A DNA stretch of 64,000 nt from Harriotta raleighana. Lineage: Eukaryota. Location: the NCBI GenBank assembly GCA_050575255.1, contig JBNZDD010013732.1, forward strand, positions 10,975,134-11,039,133, written 5' to 3'. The notes below the pieces were generated by a model. The model searched no databases. It had not been told where the DNA came from and was given only the letters and a program-made list of their open reading frames with translations. The translations under genes were made by a program, and so were the position numbers. Positions within the stretch are counted from its first letter, which is position 1. Every line of letters begins with the position of its first letter. Below are positions 37,871-52,134 of the stretch, one piece after another.

Positions 37871-40449
37871 AACATAAAAATGAAAGAACATAAAAATCTG
37901 ACAATGGCCTTGAGCACAAGGAAGAGTAACTGCAGTTTTGGCATTTTTCTCAAAGACAATAAACGCCACAGTCAAACAAAATCAGAATCATCTATAAAAG
38001 GGTTCCCTATTCCAGTCTGTACATTCAATCCTCTGCTATCATTCATTGGCAATCACACACCTGCAGCTCCAGGTGAAATTCCACCAATTACCTTGTGCTG
38101 CCATATTAATAAAATTCCAATTATTTTTTACATTTTTTTTACCGTGGACAGATTATCATGGCAGGCGACAGGATCAGGGAACATCGAAACTTCTCAAAAC
38201 TTGCGTCTCTGCAATGTCCAGGCTGCATGCCCAAGTGCAAATGATAGGCATTCCCAAGTAAATGTCCAAAACTCTGGCAGTCAGTTGTAATGATGTTCAA
38301 TGGCTGGTTCTTCTTTCAGTGTGCAGATTTACATCCCCGTTCAGTTTATTCACCATTTATTGCTCCCAAATTATTGCCGCCTAGTTAATTCAGCTCAGGC
38401 TTATCTCTCTCTCACATACAAATGGGTTCATGAGCAACAAATGTTGTCATTTCCATTTATTGCACCAACGCTAACAGGATTCAAAGGCATATTCTATTTG
38501 AGGACTCACTGCCTTCAGAGATTTATTCTGTCAGATGTATTTTAAAATCTGAACTTGATTCCTCCTCAAAACACAAAAAACTCCAGGCAATTCCAATGCT
38601 GATCAATGTCGAAACAACCGCCATCTAGATTTGACTAAAGCAGTGTGATGACCTTCTTCAGTTTCATTCAGACTAAACATTCTCATTTACTGATGAAGAC
38701 AATAAGTTGGTATTGCTTCTTATCACAAAGCAGCGTTGCTAAGAGCCTAACATCAAGTTTTTGTATTTGTTCTCTCTCTCTCTCTCTTTCTCTGTATCCC
38801 TCTCTCTCTTTATCTCAGGTAATGTGGGAATTGAACGCGGAAGCAAAAAGGAGGACATGGAGACTGATATGCAGGGATTCATGAAAGGTTTCATAAATTT
38901 CAAATCCTGTAAGTAGCATGTTGACATGTCTGAAATCTCCCCAGATCCCTTTCTGCCTGTCAAGAGAGAACATTCTCTGGCTGTGATCTGACTCAACTCA
39001 AACCACCAATGATATCGACATCCCAGCATAGTTCCAGCTGTTCAATGAACTGCATTACTAGTGATCAATACACACATTAAAAGCAGGCACGGATATGAAA
39101 TACATATCCTGCATAATGCATGGTTGAGTATTTGCTAAGTCCATACATACAAGACCCCCAACAATAAAAAAAAGTACAAATATTTTATTTCACAAAAACT
39201 GTTATGAAATTATTATTTAGCGGCCAGTTCCCTTCAACGCTGCTTGCAGTTACATTCTAACATCAGCAATTTCTTCAAAGATTAGACTGTACTGTTTGGG
39301 TTACTGCTTCAAACTGATAAATTGCATCTCCAAGCTGCCGAATCTAGGTTTATTCAAAACAACAGCAACAACTGGCATTTAAATCTCACCGTTCATATTC
39401 GAAGGACTTCTCAAAGAGCTACATATAGCTCAGAAGGCCACCTGCGCAATACGTACAAAGTTCTATGTTGCAATTTTACTGGACACAACTGCCAATGCAC
39501 CAGCTGCATTCAAGTACTGTCCAAGACTCTGAGACCCTATCCCGCATGAAAGGCGTTACATGAATGCAAGTTCTTGTTGTTCATATGAAGTGAACACTTG
39601 GGTTTAATTTCTATCTTCACTTTTCGGTGAAAAGAACTGCTTTCAAACCACAGACAAGGAAGCTTAGTGCAAGATAGGAATAATTGGAAGATGATTACAA
39701 TTTTATGGACAAGCTAGGGTGTGTCATTTTTCTACTTTTCACAGCATAGTATATTGTTGATAAGCTCAGCTGCAGGAAAATTATGCCCTTGATCCTTTTA
39801 ATATTGTATAGTAATACCATTATCATAATGTTCCAGCATATGCCAAAGAGTGTGTTTGGTGATAGCACCACTGATTTTGTTAAGCTTCTCCTTGTGTACG
39901 AAAATTTATGAACAAACCAAACACAGGATTCAACACGAAGCTCCAACTTCCTCTTTCATTATGGCTTCCTGCCATTCTGCCCAGCCCAACAACCCTCGGA
40001 TTTGCTCTCTCCCTCTCCTCGACAAAGGTCCCTCTGAAGACGTACCTTTTTCCGTGCTTTCAGTCATCTTTCCTCTCAGCACCCCTTTGCTTTCCCACCT
40101 CCAGCTTGGGTAGTCAGCCAGCAGTGTCAAAGAGCTTTGGAACATCCTTCCAACGATATAAACATAAATTGCAATGTTTATACAAGACTCAATATCTTTG
40201 TTTAACAATTTCTGGGGTCTAGTTTTATCTTTTTTTATGCACTGAGAAGCTTCTCCGCATAGAAGCCGGTATATAAATATAAGCTGTTGTGTTGTTGTTG
40301 ACATACACATGCCAATTGTTCTGACATCATACCAACCGAAGGTTCATTACAAAACTTATAACTTAATCACATCTTTCTATTTACCATCCTGACCATCAAG
40401 AATTGTGAAGCCAGGAACCACAGCTGGTACAGCACTATCAGTGAAGAAC

Positions 40450-40740
40450 TGCTAGGCCCAAGTGTAAAATGACAAGATAGGCTAAGATCCCAGTGTTAGG
40501 AAGTCAGAAAGAATGATTTTCTCCTTGAGAGATTTCAGAATTAAGTGCTAGAGTTGGTGAACGGAATCATTTGTGGGCATTGAAAAGGAAATTAGATAAA
40601 CACATACCGAGCAAGGGTATTGGAGCGAAAGAGCAGGAAAGTGTGATTGGAATAGATGGCTTCATTGGAGGAGCAAACAACAACACTAAGTGCAATGACT
40701 TGAATAGCCTCCTGTCGTGTTGTACATTTTCTATGACTCT
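40450..40740 (+). mobile_element. CR1 LINE 3' end, degraded
   Basis: TTGAAAAGGAAATTAGATAAACACAT...GAATAGCCTCCTGTCGTGTTGTACATTTTCTATGACTCT. Confidence 0.65.
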
Positions 40741-41539
40741 AAGGAGTGGACAGAGCTTTCCATCCGCCCAATTCACCACCCTCACTTAGTTAATGTGTCT
40801 CCACAGCGGGTCCTTGCTGGTAAAAAGGGAGGAGTACGGCCACACCCAGTGACGCACATACTCACTGAGGAAGGAAAAATGGAGCTTGTACAGAAAAGGC
40901 ACTAAATGCAAACAAAATACACATGTAAATGAACATTGCACAAAATGCACCAAACAGAGCACATTAAAAAAACATTGAATTTGTACAGTGCCTATCACTT
41001 TGGGAGGACAGCCCAAAGTGCTGAAAACAACCCATACATGATTACACATTGTTCAAAATGACTGAATGACTGTGCTTATTCATATTGTGTTCATGATACA
41101 ATCTGCCCCAACTATTCAAATCGACAATTATACCACATATTAAACTAGTTTTTTCTAAAGCCATATCAGTTCCTTTGCATATTAAATGTTTGAGGTGATT
41201 TGGGAGATTAAGTCAATGACAGTGTTCAGTTTCCCTTAGGGAATCGTTCTCATTAAACAAGATAACTGCTGCCTCAATATTTCTATTACTGATGGAATGG
41301 AATACATTTCATACCCCCCTCGGGCACATTTATAAACCTAAGCAGTCCTTCTACACCTTCCAGGAACTAACAGGATCTTGACAACAAAACTCAATAGCAC
41401 TTTCTCAGTTAGCTTTTCCTTGCAGGACAAATGTGTGATTTTGCATTCACAATGAGAAACTAAACATTTCAATGGCAGCGCACTTTTTAAAATGCTGTTG
41501 AAACAAAAAAGTTTGACCATTAAATTGTGGATTAGTAAT

Positions 41540-41852
41540 AAATAGTATTTTTACAGTGCATTTCCCGTAAAAATAGACCACTCTCGGCACTTTACAAGGT
41601 TTAATGGTTTAGAAATCTGGGAGACTATTGGTCAAGACACCGGGAGAGATAAACTCCCTTTTCTGATTAGGTGTATCTTTAACATCCACCTGAATAGGCT
41701 TAGTTTAACATCTCATCCGAAGGACAGCAGCTCCGACAATGCAACACCCCAGCACTCATTGGAGTGTCATCTTCAACTATGTGACCCCAAGTTCTGATGA
41801 GGGTCTTGAACCCAGAACCATGTGACTCAGAGGCGAGAGTTCTACTGAGCCA
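41540..41852 (-). mobile_element. Deu-domain SINE
   Basis: TTTAACATCTCATCCGAAGGACAGCAGCTCCGACAATGCAAC...TTGAACCCAGAACC...TGACTCAGAGGCGAGAG...ACTGAGCCA. Confidence 0.75.
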
Positions 41853-41989
41853 AATTATATTAATTGCAATACAACAATTTATTCCCAAGCGTTACATAAA
41901 AACTAACTTTCATCCTCATGTGAACCAGGACGATTGCGTACAAAGGCACTGGGACAGCACATTGATAGACTCCAGAAAGTAGATCGCAA

Positions 41990-42120
41990 ACACTGCCAAA
42001 TTTTCAATGCTAAATTGACAATTGGAGCAAACAACGAGGTACAATGGAACCACTTGCAGGATGATTGGGGATATTTTGGGAAACTGGGCCAGTAGATGGC
42101 AAATGGTGTTCAATGTAATC
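41990..42120 (+). mobile_element. CR1 reverse-transcriptase fragment
   Basis: Across a frameshift it reads LQDD..LGNWASRWQMVFNV, a CR1 RT C-terminal motif. Confidence 0.6.
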
Positions 42121-44779
42121 AACCATGATATAATTAGCAGTCAGAGGAAGCTCAGGTACGAGCTCAGAAGTCAAGTTTAAAACATCGAATGACAACTCGG
42201 CTGTTCCAATTATGGAAAATGCTGCAGCGAAATTACACAACACTCTTGTGGGCACATTGGACCCAAGCCAAGCTTGGTGCTGCACAGAGATAGCTGCCTA
42301 CAAAAAAATAGTATCTGGCTTTATGCTAGAGTCAAAGTGGGCCAAGCAGATAAGGGTTCTGTCATGCAGAAGTAAATCACTGCTGTCAGTGAGGAGCTGA
42401 ATGCAGCATAAGTGTTCTGGGACATCTGTGTATCAGGGCACCGTGAAGCAGTTTCTTACCTTGGCCTATTTTCTCAGGAAGATCTGATCTGGGATTACTT
42501 ACATAAGTGAACAGAGATCAATAGACATTAATGCTTTTTAATATCAGGCATTGCCATTACATTTCAGACCACCTCCCTCAGTCTTCTCCTCTCAGGGAAC
42601 ATAAAAGAGATTGCTGGTGCAGTAAAGAGCTCCCAAGGGATGACTGGAGAAAGAGTGGAAAGCAAGTTTGGAAAATATGAAACAATATTGCATTTGAAGA
42701 TTTATAACTTGATTTAACAAGCTGAATGCTTAACTAATAAAATGAAAAACTGCTTGCATTTACATAGCGTCCTTCACTCAGGGGAGCATGTCAAATTTTT
42801 ACAATGTGGAATATAGAATGAGAACATTATGTGATAATAATAATCCTTACACTTGGAATGGATGCCTCAAAACTCTTCCCGGGAGTTTACTGCGAAGTAT
42901 AGTGACTGTGTTTTTGTAGGCAACTTAGCAAATAAATTTGTGCACAGCCACAAAGAGAACAACTAATTATACTGGAGCTATGCATACATACTGTATAAAG
43001 ATGCACGCAAGGGTAGAAAAAAAACTGTCAGCAAATTGGAAGCAATGATTCAATTCAACACTTCCACTGACAATCAGCTCAGATTTGATACTCAATGTTT
43101 ACGACAATCAGAATGTGGGACTCACTGTCACCAATCGATTCTGCTTCGTCTACAGCAAATTCTGTGTTGTTAAGTACAACCTCAGGAGAATCAATACCAA
43201 ATTTATGTACATTCTAATACTGTCTAATACATTCTAATACTGTCTGCGAACAGCAACCACATGGTCAGAAATTACAACCGCTGACCGTANATTCTGTCTG
43301 CGAACAGCAACCACATGGTCAGAAATTACAACCGCTGACCGTATTTTCCTCTCTCTTTCTCCTTAGGGCACAACAAATTACTTATTGCAGTGAAGCCAGA
43401 CAAAAATGATACCAGTTTCTGTTTTTTCTCTACATGATTAAAGGCACAGAATTTTATCTGAGCCTCTGGATATACACAGCACTGCACATCATTTGTTGTG
43501 CTTCATATTCGTCTCTACAGGAAATTAAATTCATTTTGCAGATTCCACTCAACTCTTCCAAAGGGGAAAGACACTTTTAATCAATAATAATCCTTCTAAA
43601 GTATTTACAAATCCAATGCAAACTTTTTTTTCCACTTCAGTATGGTAATTTAAGCAGATTTGAGATGTGATCAAATGCATTATGTGACTCGTTAAAAATA
43701 ATCTTTACAGCATCTTTCACGTTAGGAGGACGCCCTAAGGGCTTTACAGGATCTATTGTTTTGCATGAAAATACAGCTGACCCGTTTACATACAGTGATG
43801 TTCCACAAACAGCCCAAATTACGGATTTTATCCGGGGAATTGCTAGCTAGGAAACCTGGTGAAACTCCCTTCTCTTTTCAAGGGCTGCAATGGGATCTTT
43901 AACGTACTCCAGAACAGGCAGAAAGGGCCTTCCGTTAACATCTCACCCAATTTCTGTGGTCCTCTATTGCCAATGGGTGCATTGACAAACAGAAACAAAT
44001 GGCACCTCTTACTGACTGACCATGTTACTTGGGCTGAAGCCTTGTTGCCAGGACTGCCCCGGGGCTGCACTGACGTGAGTTCACTTACTTGTGAATTCAA
44101 AATACTCAAAATAAAGAACACATTCATGCAAATTGTGAAGCCCCACAACTTGTAAAATATTCAATGAGCAGCATAAACAGAGCCTCCGCATAAACTGCTG
44201 TTGGATCCACCCAGAGAGGATCATATGAGCTTTGCAATTTGTGAACCTCCCACAATAAAACATAGAAGTATCAAATCAGACTGGCCTCGCTTCTCTGCCT
44301 CCACTGTGAGATGGTCCAAGAATTTTGAACAGAAGAGAATAGGCCCAAAATTCCACCATGTCTCGACTAATAAGAACATTTTGTCTTAATCTCTAGAATA
44401 TTGAAGAGTTGTAAAGAATTCTCAAGTTGTGTTTGAATTTGGTTCTCTTTAAAAACCGTGGAAGACTGGTTTTTGAAGAAAGATGGTTCAGATGAATGTT
44501 AAAGAGCAATTGCATTCTTTGAAAAGAGAATGGAGCTCTTCAACCCAAAGATGTCACAGGTGAAATATGTAACTTATTTCTTGAATATTTGTGTGATAGT
44601 TTCGGGTGCAAATGGATGCCATATTTGCTCACAAACTGTCACTACACTACACAGAAACTTGGGATATTCTTTGCTTTCTGTGCTTTGAGACATTTGACAT
44701 TCACTTGGAAGCACCAGATGAAAATGGAAAGATCATTACACAGTATTACTATGTGCATAGAAAGAGGAAATAGGATAAA

Positions 44780-45170
44780 AGATAATAATGCTTGCATTTT
44801 AATATAGCACCTTATCATGTCTTCTAGAAATCTCGAAGCGTTTCACAGAATATACTGTAAAGTGAATTGGCTGTATATTTGTGGGTGAAACTCAGCAGCC
44901 AATTGCAACACAGCAGTGTCCCACAAATAGTCATGGATAATTTGAGCAATCAAATTATAATTTTTTTTCCTGGGGTGGGGTAATTATTATTAGGCTTGTG
45001 GAGTAAAGAAACTTGCCTGAGGTTTCGTCCTGCCAGGAATTGAACACAGATCTCTCGCTTGTAGCATTGGGAGTGTCAGTTTAGATTACGAGATTCCAAG
45101 TTCCGACATAGTGCTTGAGCGCGTACCTTTCTGACTCAGAAGTGGATGTTCTACCACTGTAGCAGGCTAA
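44780..45170 (-). mobile_element. tRNA-derived SINE (44780-45064) abutting a Deu-SINE head (45065-45170)
   Basis: Family tail, body and B box, then CATTGGGAGTGTCAG...TTCTGACTCAGAAG. Confidence 0.8.
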
Positions 45171-48100
45171 CATATAATAATAATCCTTGCATTTAATATA
45201 GAACCTTATTATTGAAATGCATCAACAGTATTTCTTAACCTCTGCCATAGTTGTTGTATTGGTTTCTGTTGCTAACAAAGTCCATTAACAAATGGCACCT
45301 CTCACTGACTGAGCATGTAATTGGAGCTGAAGGCTGATGGAATTTGCCACTCTCGTTGACACAGGGAATATATTGCTTATTGTTCAGTTTAGCACTTTGA
45401 CAGGTTAAAAAGTAATGAGTTTCTCGGAATAACAATCCAAAATTGCAGCCTTATGGACAGTAAAAATATCGTCCCTTCAAAGCAAGCTCAAGGTTAACTG
45501 AAGGGACAGTCCTAATTTGAAAATTTTAACTTTGGTATCTTGGGTACATGTTAAATCATTTCCATAAATTGCTTCAGAGGTAAATCTGATTTTATCATTG
45601 TACTGTAGTTAAAAGCTGGTAACTGAATGCTCTAGGATCATCTATTAATGCTCACACCCCAGTATCTAATATTAGCACTCGCTATCCAATATCTTCTGTT
45701 AATGCTCTTAGTAGAAGGCGCTATCCTCTGACGAATACCCAGAAAGATTGCTAACCTCTGAATGAATTTGCCATTCCATCCAACCATCACCTAATGGAGT
45801 TTCTAGGCCTTTGTTAGTGCAAAATTGTTGCTGTGTTTGCCTTAGAAAGCAGTTTCTACACTTAACAATACAGTACTTATGTTGTCAGTTGAGATATTAT
45901 TCACATGTTAAAGACACTATAAAAATACAAAAAAAAAACCATATCCATACATTGAAGAAATAATAAGGAATACTTGTGCATCTCCATTCATTTCTTGCCA
46001 TTTGTTGGCAACAAATGTTTATGCAGTCAGACAAGTCAAGGCTTGATTACTAATAAAAGTTTGCCCAAGGTTCATTGGAACTCTACCACTTAAGGATGGG
46101 TGTGCCTTCAAGCCAAGTTGTGTTTACACTATTATTTAAGCTTAAACTAGCACTAAGTACAAAAGTCAATCCGAAATCCTCTCAGCCAAAAGGCCTTAAG
46201 GGAAATGCATAAATGCAGATCTGGAACAAATATGGCTTATATAATGGAATAAGAACACTCTTTTCATGTCACTTCTAGATAGAAAAATTCACGGTTTAAA
46301 ATATTAGAATTGTGCAGCATTAACTTTCATACAATGTTGAAACAAAACGGTGTAATATCTGATGTATTTTACAACCATATAATAGTTACTTCAGCTCACA
46401 ATTGTTTTTCAAGTTACTTTTGCAAATGCCCAGAAAGAAAAATTTACATCTATCATTAATTTGTTTTACTGCCATTGGTGCCATGCTAAAATAAGATGCT
46501 CACATTCACAGATTTAAGTTAAGTATATGCAAACAAATGGTTGGCACAAGCATGTAAATTTGATAGTAAATTAGCCAGTACTATCAATCACACTGTGGGG
46601 CAAATTACGTTTCAAATAGTAAGATATTATGTTTTTTCCCCCATCACTCTCACAAGTTACCACTTCTGAAAGATTTCCTGTTATTCCCTTTGAAAACATT
46701 CTTAAATGTTCGGTGGACTATATTTGTTTGTTTTGAATTACACAACGCAATGACTTACGTGATTTGAAACTAACTACCATGATAATGGCAATGGCACAAT
46801 TTAAGTGCTTCGCCAACGAGGGTTTTACAAAGGCAATTTGAGCAGTAAAATTGTAATTGGACAGAGACCAACCATTTTTTTAAAATCATTTTGAAAATTT
46901 TCACATTTAAAACAATATGATGCATCACATGCAAGAGTCACAAGTTATCGTGAAAAGTCTTTTGGGTGATATTGATATAATTCATTTATTCTTTTAAATG
47001 AGCAGAAAAGTGATCTATGTTCAGCCCTCTAGCTATCTTCTTCAGTCATCCATAGGGATAGGGCCTTCCCAACTGCTGCTCCCTCTTGCCCTTTGGAAAT
47101 GAGAGGCATTTTCATTCAGCAAACATGTTAAAAATGTCTTCAAAGGGCATAACCCAATATCTTTCAGAAATGGAAATGTTTGAGACTGAGGAGAATTGCT
47201 CAATAGCATTGAATTTTCAGCCTAATTTGCAAGTGCTCCGATACACTCCCCGGATGAAAGATCCTATATAAATGCTCGTCTTCTCCAAACAGCCAGGAAA
47301 AGAATGGGCTTGAAACTCACTGATCCACCAAACACTGCCACTTTACTTGTATTATCGTTTTTGGGAAGCGGTAGAAAAAGCCTGTCCAAGTATTTTCTCA
47401 CTCATCTCATTTATTGCAAGGGTGGGAGTGCAGGGAAGGTTATACAGTATTGTCCTTCCGCATATGAACTCGCATTCCAATTCCAACATCCCTGGGTTGC
47501 TGCCAGCCACAAATCCAGAATCTCTATGCAATCAATGAAGGTTAACAATCTGAGTACACAAACCACAAACACAAGGAGCAAGGTACATAAACAATTTCTC
47601 CAACCTTCATGCCCCTTTTCACATAAGAACTGAGTCCAACGATTCCATGGGCCAAAATTTAAAGAATTGCAAAAAGCAAAGCTTACAAAACTGGTCAAGG
47701 TTAAAACAAATTTACCTTTACCCATTAAGCCAGTGAATTGGTGTAACACAGGAATGGCAGACCTGTGACCCAGATGTCCAAAGTAAAATGTAGAGGCATT
47801 CACATTTAAATGTGACCTGACTCCATTGAACATAAGAGTTATCTTTCATGCTATGCATGTGAGTGTTCAGTGCAGCTGGGCACAATGCTAATAATAATTC
47901 TTGAGTTTGATGCAGTGCCTTATCACGTCACAGACATATAAAAGCGCTTCAGAACATATACTGTAAAGATTATTTAACCTTGGGTTTTGTAACAAAACAC
48001 AATGCCCAATTCAACACATGCAGTTTGGGTGACAACCAGCTAAAATGAAATGCAGAAGCCACTGGATGGCACCAGACATGAACGACTGTCTCTTTTTATT

Positions 48101-50202
48101 TTTGGTCAGAAGTGCCATCATCTCCTCAGTTCAATGCCAAACACATTGAAGTAGGATTTTTGTTTTTGCCTTTAATTTTATCAGAAAGGAATAGACTCCA
48201 AGTGGGTTTAGCAACAGTACTTTGCCGCAAGTGAATCCCATGTTATGCCATTTGTTGCACCCAAACAGTGTCCATAGTTGCTCCTTTTGTCAAACTTGTC
48301 AAACTGCTTTCACAGGAATCATCATTAAATCAAATAACTGTGTCGTTGTAGGCAAATGTCGCAGCTATTTTACAAGCAGAAATTTCCCCAAAGCAACAAT
48401 GAGACGGATGACTAATTTGCCTGGGGAACTGTTGGCCAGGACACTAGGATAAACACTCTTTTCTTTTCAGATAATACCATGGGATTTTTTAACCACGGCT
48501 GAACATCTCATCAAAAGGCAACAATTTCTCTTGATATTAGCACTATATCATACTGCAGCTTGGATGTACATTTAATGCAACATTTAATTGACATGCAACA
48601 CTTAGAAAAACTTTTTTTTGAATTAAGCAACATTTTTACACTTTATAAGTAAACATAGGCAATTTATCGACATACCTGTGCAGGCTGCAAATCACATTCT
48701 TTTAACAACAGTAAGTTGCTGTGTAAATAAATATGAATAAAAATACTACCTTGGAAGAGAATGGTTGATAAAATAAGTGTTGTATTGAGCAAATCCTTCA
48801 TAACAATATTTTCAGGACAGGCAAAGAATGAGACAGATGACAGCATTAACTAACTAACTAACATTACTTCTGGTCAGAAGATGTTGGGTTCATGCCNGCA
48901 GCATTAACTAACTAACTAACTAACATTACTTCTGGTCAGAAGATGTTGGGTTCATGCCCTAATTCAGGAACTAGAAATGATTTTCTCCTGGTGTCAAAAA
49001 TCCCCTGACTTAAAACTGGCCATTCAGTTTAGGGGGTGCTTTGGGGCAACCCACAGTAGCCAAACCAGTTTACGCTTTGAAAACGCAATCATAATTGACA
49101 TAATCCTGTTTCATGCTTGGAGACATTTTGAAATGACAAGATGGTATATCCAATACTATATTATTTTATATTAACTGTACATCCTTAACAGTATGTTGCT
49201 TTTTTTCTGACAAACAGTTAATAATTAATGACCAAAAAGGCTCAGGACACAGACGCAGAGGGGAGAACATGCCCCAAGCCCAGCAGACCTTCAAAATAAT
49301 AATATAATAATAATCCTTACATTTGATATAGCGCTTAAAAGATCTAAGAGAGAGGGCGATCAGGGAAAGCTGCCTTTCGGTGCTGGTGGTCATGAGGAGA
49401 GAGGAGGACAAGAGAGAGGAGGACAAGAGAGATGGAGAGAGGAGAGAAGAGAGATAGACAGCAAGGTGGAAGGGAGGCAGGCACTTGTCAGAGAAGATGA
49501 CTTGACTGTGGCTCTGAATTTAACAAGCGAGCACAGACCTTGACATTTACAACCAGGCAGATCTGGGGAAGCACAGCTTGAATTCCCAACCCAGATTAAA
49601 TTAAACCAAACCCAAGTCTGTCCCCCTATCCCCCACCCGGTTGCTCTCCCCGGCGGTGTGAGTGGAGTGCAGTGGGCATATTATGACACATAACGCACAC
49701 ATATCGCGCAAACTGAACTCTGAACCGATTAAATGAGAGAGATGGAGGGAGGAAGGGAAGGTGGGAGAGGGGGTGTTTAGGGCAAGGTTGATCATGGGGG
49801 GGGGGGGTGTGTATGCCCATGATTCTGGAAACAACAGGACAGTGTAATGAGCATTAAAATAAATCAGATAAAATGTTCCTCTTGCTCACACAATAAAATT
49901 AAAACGCTCCATGTACAGGACATATATATGTATCATATAGACAGTGGCTGATTCCCAGTGTACTGCAGACAGACACACACACACAGGGATGGATTAACGG
50001 GGAGCTGTGATTTAACGCTGCGACTGAAGCCTCTTTGGGCACCAGACATCTTTCATTGAATCAGAAAAGCCTCCACCCTCCTCTCCTGTCAGCACACATA
50101 AAAAGCCGCATTTTAACCTCATTCCAGCACATTTTGCAGTTTCCTACCCAACCACCCCCCCCACCCCCCAAATAAACACACACAACAAACACACACACAC
50201 AC

Positions 50203-50599
50203 ACTCACACATGTATATGTTATGTATTCTAGGACCCTCTCCCCCCTCAAAAAAACACACTCACACATGTTTATGTTCTGTATTCTAGGACCCCCTCCCT
50301 CCCCNTCACACATGTATATGTTATGTATTCTAGGACCCTCTCCCCCCTCAAAAAAACACACTCACACATGTTTATGTTATGTATTCTAGGACCCCCTCCC
50401 TCCCCAAAAAAACACACTCACACATGTATNAAAAAAAAAACACAACAAACACACACACACATGTATATGTTATGTATTCTAGGACCCCCTCCCTCCCCCA
50501 AAAAACACACTCACACATGTATATGTTATGTATTCTAAGACCACCCCCCACCCCAAAAAAAAACACACACTCACACATGTATATGTTATATATTCTAGG
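50203..50599. repeat. Minisatellite, ~58-62 bp unit, about 7 copies
   Basis: Unit CACACATGTATATGTTATGTATTCTAGGACCC(C/T)CT...CCC(A)nCACACT; internal single Ns make the copy number unreliable. Confidence 0.9.
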
Positions 50600-50936
50600 C
50601 GTCTGGTCCCAGTGTTTAGTGAGCTGGCTGTAAGGTTCTCAAACCCCACACCCTCCCTCCCACCACCTTTTTTTTCTCCCATCGCTTCCAATTAAAGAAA
50701 AGTGTGTGGGGTGGGGAGGGGGGGGGGACACACACAGATTTGAAGCTGTCCAAGAAAAAAAAATGACAATCAGCAAAATAGATGTTTAAAAATGGGGAAG
50801 GACGGAGGGTGGAGAAGGTGGGGAGGGAGAGGGAGAAGCAGCAGAAGAAGCAGAAGAAGAAGAAGAAGTAGAGCAGGTGGAGTGGGTTTAAAGTGAAGCC
50901 AGATACAGTGCTGATGCTGAGCTGAGCTGTACTCAC

Positions 50937-51277
50937 GGGTTCAATGCACAGGAGCTGAGAGGAGAGTCAGAGCTATCCTGGTATGTGTGTGATGGACACA
51001 GGCTTGGCTTTGCTCTGCTGCTCTCTTCTCGGCTGAGACTTGTTTTCTGAAGGGTGGGTGGCTGGGTGGAAGGGGGGGGGGGGGAGCACAGAGAGAGAGA
51101 GAGAGAAAATCTCTGATGCAAACCAACAGTCTGGTGTCGCGCTTCACAGCCGCAGCGACACCAGCGGCAGGTCCCTGGCTCCCACAAGCTGGGCTCCGAG
51201 AGGGTTTGAAGCGTTGCTGCAAAACAGCAGCGACATCAGCGGCTGCTCTCTCTCTCTCTCTCCCCTCTCTCTCTCTC
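50937..51277 (-). other. Candidate first (5' UTR) exon and promoter-proximal region of a large minus-strand gene, possibly an L1-family CAM
   Basis: Local CpG enrichment at 51130-51245, (GA)n tracts, and donor CCC|GTGAGT (GT at 50936-50935) followed by a pyrimidine-rich intron start. The 5' end runs into an N gap. Gene identity rests on synteny only. Confidence 0.5.
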
Positions 51278-51389
51278 NNNNNNNNNNNNNNNNNNNNNNN
51301 NNNNNNNNNNNNNNNNNNNNNNNNNNNNNNNNNNNNNNNNNNNNNNNNNNNNNNNNNNNNNNNNNNNNNNNNNNNNNNNNNNNNNNNNN
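51278..51389. other. Assembly gap
   Basis: Run of N. Confidence 1.
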
Positions 51390-51679
51390 CCCCCCCCCTC
51401 TCTCTCTCCCCCCACCCCCCACCCCCCTCAGCAATCACTCTCGTGTGTCACCAGCCCGCACTATCACCTGGGAACGCTCCCTCTCTTCCTCTCCTCTCAC
51501 ATTCCANTGTGTCACCAGCACGCACTATCACCTGGGAACGCTCCCTCTCTTCCTCTCCTCTCACATTCCACCGGCTTCTCTCATCCCCCCCCGTCCTCCC
51601 TCGGCTTTTGTGAGATTTGACACAGCCCCTCCACTTGTCATCTCAAAGATGTCCCCCTGGGGACCCGTGACTACCCCCA

Positions 51680-52130
51680 GGGGGACAATTGCACAACAGA
51701 GATGTCACACCAACAGCCATGGAGTGACTGGCCCATTTTATTGGGTCAATTGCGGGCCAGGACACTGGGAGAAACACTCACTTCTTCCTGCTTCGAGGGC
51801 TGCCACAGGGTGTCTAAGGTCCACCTGGAAAGGGCCGGTGGGACCTTAGCTTAACAATAATCCTAATCATTCTTACCCCCATCATACCATTGAGGTGCCT
51901 CAAAGTGCGCGTCGCAGAATACACTGCAAAGTGAATCGACTGTATATTTTGTGTTTAATGCCTCATCCAAAGTATGGCACTTCTGAATGCAACACCCTTG
52001 CCCCCCCCCCCCCATCCCCCCACACCCCCAAGCACTACCTAAGACAATGTGAGTAAGTCCCAATGTGGGATTTGAACCCACAACCTTCTGATTCAGAGGC
52101 AAGATCATTGCAACCTAGCCAAGCTGACGC
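51680..52130 (-). mobile_element. Deu-domain SINE with a nested SINE tail (about 51855-51950)
   Basis: GGCCAGGACACTGGGAGAAAC...CTCATCCAAAG...GTGGGATTTGAACCCACAACCTTCTGATTCAGAGGCAAGA. Confidence 0.75.
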
Positions 52131-52134
52131 CCGT

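Noticed and set aside
51040-51849. Long ORFs spanning N runs (also 56199-57546)
   Set aside because: Their length comes from assembly gaps; only the L2 RT part at 57396-57709 is real coding-derived sequence.
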